A stretch of DNA of 34,784 nt, taken from the sequence record SRR31156797_13577; one strand, written 5' to 3'. Positions within the stretch are counted from its first letter, which is position 1. Every line of letters starts with the position of its first letter. Below, in pieces: positions 1 through 7,472 of this stretch. The translations under genes were made by a program, and so were the position numbers. Below the pieces are notes generated by a model. The model was not told the origin of the DNA. It made no database searches and worked only from the letters and a program-made list of their open reading frames with translations.

Positions 1-84
1 AAAAGTTTTGGAGAGTCCAGAGAACCTTTTGCAAAAGATTCTCTGGTCCCGCCGAAGGCGACTGCCGGTAGGCCCGCCGGAGGC
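1..84. repeat. REP-like intergenic palindromic element (left end may lie outside the window)
   Basis: 30-bp palindrome CCAGAGAACCTTTTG/CAAAAGATTCTCTGG at 17-46 (1 mismatch), followed by three short GCC-loop-GGC hairpins at 51-59, 64-73 and 76-84. Confidence 0.6.
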
Positions 85-103
85 ATGCATAGAATCCAAG
101 GGG

Positions 104-130
104 TGGCGCGGTAATAGCCGCGTCATTTTT
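104..130 (+). terminator. Terminator-like hairpin upstream of etfB
   Basis: TGGCGCGG-taatag-CCGCGTCA followed by TTTTT. Confidence 0.4.
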
Positions 131-183
131 GAATGGCTGACATGAGAAATACGAGTGTCGCCTTTACATTAAGGAGAAACTGA

Positions 184-993
184 ATGAGCAATGAATTCCA
201 CATAGTGGTGTGCGGCTCCATCGTACCGGACCCGCTCCAAACGCTCGCACCTCAGGATGGTCCCAATGGTCCGGTCCTGCAAAATGAAATGATGCTTCCC
301 GCCGTGCTCGATCCGTGGGCTGGACACGCGCTGTTTGAAGCTGCTGATTTGGCTGCAAAGAATCCCGGAAGTCAGGTTTGGCTGGTCAGCCTAGGCCCCA
401 AGGCCAAGCTGCAGCAGGTCATGATGGCCGTGTCTCAGAAAGCTCCTTTCCAGTTGGTCGTGGCCGACGGCTCCGCTTCTGGTTTCGAGGATAGCTTCGA
501 GACTGCCAAGACTCTTGCCGATACTATTGATGGTATCGCCGGTCTGGATAAATCAAAGATGTTGCTTTTTGGTGGCTGGCAGTCCGCATCTCGCGGCTCC
601 GGTGCCGTGATGCAGATGGTAGGCGAAATGCTTGGTATCACCGAACAATTTCAGGGCGTGGATAAACTCACCGTGGAAGGCGACGGCTCTCTTGAAGTGC
701 TTGAACGCGTTGAAGGTGGTGCTTATCAGAAGTCTGTTGTGGACGGTGCTCCGGCTGTTTTGGGTTGGGCTACCGGCGAATTGCCTGAACCGCCGAACAA
801 TCCTCAGATCGGTATGCAGAACATGCAGAAGAATATGCCGGCGTTGCAACAGGCCAAGCCTGCGGATTTGTCCGGTACAAGCTTGAGCTTTACTTCTGTT
901 GAAGTACCACAGCAACGTCGTGAGACTCGCGTGGTCAAGGACGTTCCCGTTGAAGAAATGGCGAAAGAAATCGTCGAATGGATCAAGGGTTAG
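184..993 (+). CDS. etfB: Electron transfer flavoprotein beta subunit (divergent)
   Basis: RBS AAGGAG. N-terminal IVVCGSIVPD, DPWAGHALFEA, SLGP, GWQSAS..SGAV..M.GE.LG follow the ETF-beta layout; adjacent to an ETF-alpha. Confidence 0.85.
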   Translation: MSNEFHIVVCGSIVPDPLQTLAPQDGPNGPVLQNEMMLPAVLDPWAGHALFEAADLAAKNPGSQVWLVSLGPKAKLQQVMMAVSQKAPFQLVVADGSASGFEDSFETAKTLADTIDGIAGLDKSKMLLFGGWQSASRGSGAVMQMVGEMLGITEQFQGVDKLTVEGDGSLEVLERVEGGAYQKSVVDGAPAVLGWATGELPEPPNNPQIGMQNMQKNMPALQQAKPADLSGTSLSFTSVEVPQQRRETRVVKDVPVEEMAKEIVEWIKG

Positions 994-1002
994 GGGGACG
1001 AC

Positions 1003-2013
1003 ATGACAGTTTTATTTCTTGCTCATACTGAATGCGACAATACCCTGCACAAATCCGCTCTTGAGGCTCTGACCGCTGCCAAGGCTTTGGCCGAAGGCAT
1101 GGGAGCTGAACTGACCGTGGGTATTATTGGTGCTGATATCTCTGCTGCCGCTGATTCCATTGGTGGTTGCGGTGCAAAATTCTACGGCGTGGCCGGTCCC
1201 GAATTCGCGGACGCACGCTATTCTTCCGATTTGACTGCTGCCGAGGCTATTGCCAAGGCGTGTGCTGCTGAGATCGTGGTGGCTCCGGCTACCTCTCGTT
1301 TTAGTCGCGCCCTGCCGGGATTGGCTATCCGTCTGGATGGCCGAGTGGATACTCACTTGTCCGGCCTGGACGCTGTTGACGGCAAGCCTGTCGCCAAACG
1401 GTGGTTCTATCGTCAGCGTATGGAAGGCACGTTGACCCGTGATGAACGTCCTTGGGTCATGACTTTGGATTCCGGTTGTGCAGAAGCATTTGAAGGTGCT
1501 GGTTCCGCTGACGTGGAATCTGTGGTTGCAGATGTGTCTGGTGTACGGACCAAAATTGCCGGTATGGAATGCGTGTCCGAGGACGAGCAGACCATTCGTC
1601 CCGACGCAGAGATGCTGCTTGTGGCCGGTGCCGGTTGGACCAAGAAACAGGCAGACGGTGCGACCCATGTGGATGTTGCCGAAGAAACCATCATGAGTTT
1701 CCTGAATACTACCAAGAGTTCTTTGGGTTCCTCCAAGTCATTGGTGGATATTTCGGGTGAAGGTGGCGCGGTTATTTCCTTCCTGACGCATATGCATCAG
1801 GTTGGACAGACCGGTTCCACCCCGCGTCATGCCAAGGGGTTGTCCACTTGTTGTCACGGTGAAGAGCCACATGTTGTTGGTTGGCGGTTTGTCAACGAAC
1901 GTCGTGCGATTAACACTGACGGTAGCTGCGGTTGGGCACAGGGTAAATGCGACGTACTATATGTTGGCGACGCCTTTGAGATTATGAAGAAAGTGAACGA
2001 GCTGCTTGGTTAA
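1003..2013 (+). CDS. etfA: Electron transfer flavoprotein alpha subunit (divergent)
   Basis: QVGQTG, AINTD and VGDA motifs of the ETF-alpha FAD domain; RBS GGGGA; 9 bp after etfB. Confidence 0.85.
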   Translation: MTVLFLAHTECDNTLHKSALEALTAAKALAEGMGAELTVGIIGADISAAADSIGGCGAKFYGVAGPEFADARYSSDLTAAEAIAKACAAEIVVAPATSRFSRALPGLAIRLDGRVDTHLSGLDAVDGKPVAKRWFYRQRMEGTLTRDERPWVMTLDSGCAEAFEGAGSADVESVVADVSGVRTKIAGMECVSEDEQTIRPDAEMLLVAGAGWTKKQADGATHVDVAEETIMSFLNTTKSSLGSSKSLVDISGEGGAVISFLTHMHQVGQTGSTPRHAKGLSTCCHGEEPHVVGWRFVNERRAINTDGSCGWAQGKCDVLYVGDAFEIMKKVNELLG

Positions 2014-2036
2014 CTCAAGCAAAAGATGCTATAATG

Positions 2037-2070
2037 AAAGCCGTACCCGTGTATCGGGTACGGCTTTTTT
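2037..2070 (+). terminator. Rho-independent terminator
   Basis: AAAGCCGTACCCG-tgtat-CGGGTACGGCTTT plus T-tract. Confidence 0.85.
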
Positions 2071-2103
2071 CGTGTAATCGATCTATAATGACGAGGTGTT
2101 GTC

Positions 2104-2511
2104 GTGAAAATTAAGGTAATTGCGCCTTCTATCATTCTTATCGCTGCGGCCTTGTTGTTTTATGTGAATATGAGGCCGTCATTGCCTGATGGGTATATCA
2201 ATCTTGATGCCAAGGCAGCGCAGGCACGACTTGTTCAGTCCTCGGATGTCTATATTCTTGATGTACGGACTCCGGCAGAGTTCCGCGATGGTCATATCGC
2301 AAACGCTGTAAATATGGATTTTTATGAAAATGGGTTTGAACGAAAATTGAAAGCGTTGGACCGTGATGCACAGTACTTTGTTTATTGCAGGACAGGGAAT
2401 CGAAGCTCGTCAACGTTGAAATTGATGCATCGCCTTGATTTTACCAAAGTCTGGCATTTGAAGAAAGGTATTGTTGATTGGAAGGGGAGCGGACTACCGC
2501 TCTCTAAATAG
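2104..2511 (+). CDS. Rhodanese-like domain protein with N-terminal signal/anchor
   Basis: LDVRTPAEF..GHIANA, active-site loop CRTGNRS, LKKGIVDW; RBS GAGGTG; GTG start. Confidence 0.85.
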   Translation: MKIKVIAPSIILIAAALLFYVNMRPSLPDGYINLDAKAAQARLVQSSDVYILDVRTPAEFRDGHIANAVNMDFYENGFERKLKALDRDAQYFVYCRTGNRSSSTLKLMHRLDFTKVWHLKKGIVDWKGSGLPLSK

Positions 2512-2514
2512 AGC

Positions 2515-2934
2515 CTAGCCTTGTGTCAGACGTGTTACACATTCAAGTAGTGCAGCTTTTCTGACGGGTTTGGGGAGAAAATCAGTACATCCTGCATTGA
2601 GTGATTTTTGCTTGTCTTCTTCAAAAGCATTGGCGCTGACTGCGACTATTGGAGAAGATGGCAGGCCTTTTTCCGTTTCAAAGGAGCGTATGGCGCGAGT
2701 TGCTTGCCAACCATCCATGACAGGCATGAGTATGTCCATGAGTATAAGATCATAGGTGGAAGATTTGTATTTTTCGACGGCTTCTTTTCCATTTTTTGCA
2801 AAATCGATCGTGTATGGAGTGTTCTCGAAATACAGGGAAAACAGCATGGCATTGCTTTCGGAATCCTCAGCGATAAGGATCGTTGCGGATTGATTTGAGT
2901 GAGGTGTCGCCATTCTGTTGCTGTTCAAAGACAT
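2515..2934 (-). CDS. Single-domain response regulator (receiver)
   Basis: ILIAEDS, DLILMD (phospho-Asp), MPVMDG, SANA, FLPKP; start uncertain (2934 or 2913). Confidence 0.85.
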   Translation of the reverse strand: MSLNSNRMATPHSNQSATILIAEDSESNAMLFSLYFENTPYTIDFAKNGKEAVEKYKSSTYDLILMDILMPVMDGWQATRAIRSFETEKGLPSSPIVAVSANAFEEDKQKSLNAGCTDFLPKPVRKAALLECVTRLTQG

Positions 2935-3081
2935 ATGCTGTTGTACTCCATTTTTACAATCGGGATAATCCTTCGCACATACCAAAGAAAAAATCCACAA
3001 TGAGCGACAATTTGCATAATCGACCTGAGTCTCGTGAAAATTCGTATTTCTGAACAGCTGGGCAAATCCCTTTTGAGAGAA

Positions 3082-3996
3082 TTACTTTTTTTGCGTCAAT
3101 CGTCGATGTGTTCGCATGGACCAGATGGATTCACCCGTATACACGGCCAATCCTGTCCATATCAGGGCAAAAGTAATCAGATGACTTGTAGTAAATGGTT
3201 CCTTGTAGACATACACACCGAGAATGAAGGCGATGGAAGGTCCTACATATTGCAGCACGCCAAGTGTTGATAGTTGGAGGCGACGGGCGCCATAGGCGAA
3301 CCCGATGAGGGGAGTGGCAGTCACGGCACCGGCTCCGATCAAAAGCAGGTCGATGGTCGGGCTGACAGTAAAGAATGCCGAGGTACCATCCAGTTGCAAT
3401 TTAATTAGATAGGTCAGAGCCAGGGGTGCCAGAACCATGGTCTCAAGAAAGAGACCGGGCAGTGATTCTACAGAAGCAATCTTTCGGAGTAATCCATAGA
3501 AACCAAAGGAAAGGGCGAGCGTTAGAGATATCCATGGGAGTTCTCCATAACTGAATATTGAATTGGCCACGCCCAGTGTTGCAAGCCCGATGGCAACCAG
3601 TTGTAACGGTTTCAAACGTTCACGAAAAAAGATGAAACCCAACAACGTTGTGACCAATGGGTTGATAAAATATCCGAGACTTGTTTCCAGCACATGATTG
3701 GTGTTGACGGCCCAGATGTAGAGCAGCCAGTTGCCACCGATCATCAGGCTGCTCAAGATGAGTATGCCGATATCCTTGGGGGAACGCATGGATGCAAATG
3801 TTTCTTTCCATCCCCTGAGGATGGTCAGGATGACGCCGATGAAGACTAAAGACCAGACGATGCGATGGCACAGAATTTCAAAAGGATTCACTACAATGAG
3901 TGATTTCCAGTAGATCGGAAGCAACCCCCATGCAAAGAAGGCTGCGAGGGCAGCAAAAAGGCCATATGTTTTTTGTTTGGAGGCAATGTCCGGCAT
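3082..3996 (-). CDS. rarD: EamA-family transporter RarD
   Basis: WGLLPIYWK, EILCHRIVWS, NWLLYIWAVN, SLGYFINPL, YGLLRK; ~10 TM segments. Confidence 0.9.
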   Translation of the reverse strand: MPDIASKQKTYGLFAALAAFFAWGLLPIYWKSLIVVNPFEILCHRIVWSLVFIGVILTILRGWKETFASMRSPKDIGILILSSLMIGGNWLLYIWAVNTNHVLETSLGYFINPLVTTLLGFIFFRERLKPLQLVAIGLATLGVANSIFSYGELPWISLTLALSFGFYGLLRKIASVESLPGLFLETMVLAPLALTYLIKLQLDGTSAFFTVSPTIDLLLIGAGAVTATPLIGFAYGARRLQLSTLGVLQYVGPSIAFILGVYVYKEPFTTSHLITFALIWTGLAVYTGESIWSMRTHRRLTQKK

Positions 3997-4082
3997 GGTG
4001 TGTCCTTGTGAAGCGTGTGGGCCGAAGGGGGAAAGTACGCGGGTTGGTCGGTCAGGTAAAGCGGGAAAAGATTGGCTGCTTT

Positions 4083-5504
4083 TTATTGACTCATCTGTTT
4101 TGCCAGCTGACCAAGGGTCTGGATGGCTTGTTGAACATCATCAGTCCATGGAATTCCATAACTCAGACGGATGTAGTTGGAGAACTTGTCCTGTGTTGTG
4201 AATACCGCGCCGGGGGCGATTCCGACGCCTTTATCGCGGGCTTGGAAGAAAAGTTCGACAGCGTTGATGGCGTGCGGAAGTTCAAGCCAAAGCACGGCAC
4301 CGCCAGTGGGGTGCGTGACTCGTGTCCCTTTTGGGAAATCGCGGCCAAGGTGAAACTGCATGATGTCCATCTGTTTTACCAATGATGCCCTGAGTTTTTT
4401 CAGGTGACGTTCCATGCGCCCCTGACGGAGATACTCGGCAATCGCCATTTGGGACAGAGTGGCACAAGAGACGTTGGTGGTCGCTTTGATTTCCAATGCT
4501 TTTTGGCGAAAACGTCCCGGCAGCATCCAACCGACACGGTAGCCTGGTGCAATGGTCTTGGAAAATGAAGAACAGAGAAGCACTAGCCCTTTTGTGTCGA
4601 ATTGTTTGAATGTTCCCGGTCGTTTGGGACCGTAGTGAAGATCTGTTGAAACATCATCTTCAATCAGGGGAATGTCTCGTGCCGCAAGGATGGAAACAAT
4701 TTCCTTTTTGCGTGCGTTTGATGTCAGGCTGGAGTCTGGGTTGTTGAAGTTGGGCGCAAGTACACAGGCGGAAATATCAAAAGTATTGAGGGCCCGATGA
4801 AGTGTTTCGGGCAACACACCGTTTTGGGGACAGGACGGTACTTCAATGGCTCGGAGTCCAAGCGTTTCCAATAATTGAAGGAAACAGTAATAGGTCGGGG
4901 ATTGGATCAATACTGTATCGCCCCGTCTGCATGTTGAACGTAGGGAGATATATAATGCTTCAAGACATCCGGCTGTGATGATGGGGTCGTTCGGTGAAGT
5001 GGAAATGCCATGTTCCATGGAGCGGTATGCAATTTGGTGGATGAGACGCGGGTCACCGGGGATGGGGGCATATCCCATAGCGCGCCCTGGCTCGTCGCGA
5101 ACCATGGCTGCTGTTATTCGTCCCAGTTCTTTGAGAGGAAGCAATTCGCGGCCAGGTGCGACCACAGCTAGTGATACGGTACCTTCTCCGCCCACGGACT
5201 CCAGAACTGTTTGTATCAACCCTATACGCGTCACGGGGCGGGGTTTATCCATGGGTGACGATTTTTTTTCAGTGCGGGGTAATCGGGTGGATTCCCGGCG
5301 GACAAAGAATCCTGACCGGGGTCGGGATTCGATGACCCCTTTGCGTTCCAGTTCAATATACGCTTGATTTACGGTGGAGATCGATACGCCGATTTTGCTG
5401 CTTAAAGAACGCAGGGAGGGGAGTTTGTCGCTCAATCCGAGCGCCCCGGTTTCAATCATCGACATGATATGCTTTTCAACGGTCTGGTATCGATATGTTT
5501 CCAT
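4083..5504 (-). CDS. MocR/GntR-family PLP-dependent transcriptional regulator
   Basis: N-terminal wHTH (KLPSLRSLS..GVSISTVNQAY..LE) fused to a class I aminotransferase-like domain (NNPD, IEDD, SSFSK, PGYRVGW). Confidence 0.92.
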   Translation of the reverse strand: METYRYQTVEKHIMSMIETGALGLSDKLPSLRSLSSKIGVSISTVNQAYIELERKGVIESRPRSGFFVRRESTRLPRTEKKSSPMDKPRPVTRIGLIQTVLESVGGEGTVSLAVVAPGRELLPLKELGRITAAMVRDEPGRAMGYAPIPGDPRLIHQIAYRSMEHGISTSPNDPIITAGCLEALYISLRSTCRRGDTVLIQSPTYYCFLQLLETLGLRAIEVPSCPQNGVLPETLHRALNTFDISACVLAPNFNNPDSSLTSNARKKEIVSILAARDIPLIEDDVSTDLHYGPKRPGTFKQFDTKGLVLLCSSFSKTIAPGYRVGWMLPGRFRQKALEIKATTNVSCATLSQMAIAEYLRQGRMERHLKKLRASLVKQMDIMQFHLGRDFPKGTRVTHPTGGAVLWLELPHAINAVELFFQARDKGVGIAPGAVFTTQDKFSNYIRLSYGIPWTDDVQQAIQTLGQLAKQMSQ

Positions 5505-5536
5505 GGCATGCTCAAGCTGTTATGCTTTATTTTTAC

Positions 5537-5567
5537 AAAAACTGTATCTGTACTGATTACAGTTTTT
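5537..5567. promoter_or_regulatory. Putative MocR operator in the divergent promoter
   Basis: Perfect inverted repeat AAAAACTGTA-N11-TACAGTTTTT, plus extra CTGT direct copies at 5517 and 5548. Confidence 0.6.
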
Positions 5568-5642
5568 TCGCTTTACTGCAAGTCACGGATGAATCAGATT
5601 AACCGGGCTATGCCCAGAAAGACACTTAGAGAGAAACTCATC

Positions 5643-6353
5643 ATGACTATCGAAGCCGTTGCCGGAGAAGAGGCCGACTCCCCGATGATGTCAGCCGTCA
5701 AACAGGTAGCACCTATTATTATGGGGTATGTGCCAGTCGGTGCCGCATATGGCGTATTGGCACATCAGGCGGGACTCTCCATGCTCAACACTGTGCTTAT
5801 GTCCATTTTGGTCTATGCCGGTTCTGCCCAACTTATCGCAGTGGGCATGTTTGCAGCGGGAATGCCACCTTTATCCATTATTGCTACGACGTTTGTGGTC
5901 AATTTACGGCATTTGCTCATGAGCGCATCGCTCGCTCCGAATCTCAAGACGTGGAAGAAGTGGGAATTGGCGTTGTTTGCTTATGAAGTCACCGACGAAT
6001 CCTTTGCCGTTCATTCGGTCCGGTTTGCTCGCGGTGATCTGAACAAGACAACCTGTTTCGGTATTAACGGTATTGCGCAGGCTTCGTGGATTCTGGCTTC
6101 ATGGGTAGGGTACGTGGCCGGGGCGTCTATCCCGGATGTGGAACCGTTGGGCATTGATTATGCTTTGCCAGCCATGTTCATTGCCTTGTTGATCATGCAG
6201 ACCAAGAACAAAATGCATGTTCTGGTGGCTGGCTTTTCCGGTTTGATGGCTATTGTTCTTGTGCAGGCAGGTGCAGACCAGTGGAGCGTTATCTTGGCTA
6301 CGGTGATCGGGGCAACATTTGGCGTGGGAGTGGAATCATGGACCAAAAAATAG
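5643..6353 (+). CDS. azlC: AzlC-family amino acid exporter, large subunit
   Basis: YAGSAQ, VNLRHLLMS, TDESFA and DYALPAMFI motifs; start placed at the MTIE ATG. Confidence 0.88.
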   Translation: MTIEAVAGEEADSPMMSAVKQVAPIIMGYVPVGAAYGVLAHQAGLSMLNTVLMSILVYAGSAQLIAVGMFAAGMPPLSIIATTFVVNLRHLLMSASLAPNLKTWKKWELALFAYEVTDESFAVHSVRFARGDLNKTTCFGINGIAQASWILASWVGYVAGASIPDVEPLGIDYALPAMFIALLIMQTKNKMHVLVAGFSGLMAIVLVQAGADQWSVILATVIGATFGVGVESWTKK

Positions 6354-6664
6354 TTTTCCTGACATTTCTCGGTATGTTGGCTGTGACATATATCCCGCGC
6401 GTTTTGCCTATGCTTGCTCTCGCATCGCGGACCTTACCTGAACCCGTTGTTCGTTGGCTTTCTTATGTCCCTGTGGCAGTGTTGTCCGCGATGTTATTTC
6501 CGGCTTTGTTGCTTAAAGATATGTGTTTTAATTTTGACCCGGATAATTATTTTTTATGGGCGGCCATTCCCGCTTTTATTCTGGCATGGCGTACTCGGAG
6601 TTTCTTCGGCACTGTGGCATTGGGTATGGCTTTGGTGGCCGGCGCCCGTTATTTCTTTGAATAG
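6338..6664 (+). CDS. azlD: AzlD-family exporter, small subunit
   Basis: VTYIPRVLP, WLSYVPVAVLSA; overlaps the azlC stop; RBS GGAG. Confidence 0.85.
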   Translation: MDQKIVFLTFLGMLAVTYIPRVLPMLALASRTLPEPVVRWLSYVPVAVLSAMLFPALLLKDMCFNFDPDNYFLWAAIPAFILAWRTRSFFGTVALGMALVAGARYFFE

Positions 6665-6673
6665 GAAGGATTC

Positions 6674-7363
6674 ATGAAAACTATTGGTCTGCTTGGTGGC
6701 ATGAGTTGGGAATCCACAGTCGGGTATTATCAGGTCATGAATGAAGAAGTGAAGGCTCGCTTTGGTGGTCTGCATTCGGCCAAAATACTCATGTATAGTG
6801 TTGATTTCTCAGAGTTGCGTGAACTTATGCTGACTTGTGATTGGGACAATATTGGTAAGCAGCTGGCTGATGCTGCCCAAACGCTGGAGCAGGGTGGTGC
6901 TGATATGATTGTTATAGGCACCAACACCATGCACAAGGTGGCCCCACAAATCCAGGCGGCAGTCTCTGTGCCGGTGATACATGTTGCCGACGCCACGGCA
7001 GATGCGGTGCGCGAGTTTGGTTTTTCTTCTGTCGGATTACTTGGGACTCTTTTTACCATGGAAGATGATTTTTATACTGGTCGGTTGAAAGATCATGGCC
7101 TTGAAGTACTCGTCCCCAATGCCGAGGACCGTCAATTGGTGGATCGGGTTATCTTTGATGAACTATGCAAAGGTGTGTTGGAAGGGACTTCTCGGACTGA
7201 ATACCTTCGTATAATTGAAGAGATGGCATCACGTGGAGCACAAGCCATTATTCTTGGCTGTACCGAGATAGGCATGTTGGTTCGGTCCGATGACACAGAT
7301 ATTCCCACGCTGGATACATGCAGGATTCACGCGATTAAAGCTGTGGATATGGCATTGGCTTAG
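6674..7363 (+). CDS. Aspartate/glutamate racemase family (YgeA/RacX-like)
   Basis: IGLLGGMSWEST, TNTMH, LLGT.FTM, ILGCTEI. Confidence 0.92.
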   Translation: MKTIGLLGGMSWESTVGYYQVMNEEVKARFGGLHSAKILMYSVDFSELRELMLTCDWDNIGKQLADAAQTLEQGGADMIVIGTNTMHKVAPQIQAAVSVPVIHVADATADAVREFGFSSVGLLGTLFTMEDDFYTGRLKDHGLEVLVPNAEDRQLVDRVIFDELCKGVLEGTSRTEYLRIIEEMASRGAQAIILGCTEIGMLVRSDDTDIPTLDTCRIHAIKAVDMALA

Positions 7364-7472
7364 CATACCGCCATAGACGATAATCACATGCTTGACCCAA
7401 TGCTGTAACGTGGTATTCAATTTAAGGCGCACGAGAGGTGCGCTTTGTTGCGTCCAGTCATCGGGAGGATGT

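Noticed and set aside
5548-5562. LexA/SOS box-like CTGT...ACAG
   Set aside because: Spacing is N7 rather than N8, and the context fits a MocR operator better
7392-7472. Cys-rich N-terminal extension of the acyl-CoA synthetase in the ORF track
   Set aside because: The RBS GGAGGA points to the GTG at 7473; the extension is an artefact of taking the longest ORF. The same applies to the extended starts for azlC, rlmE, ruvA, tetR and the solute-binding protein
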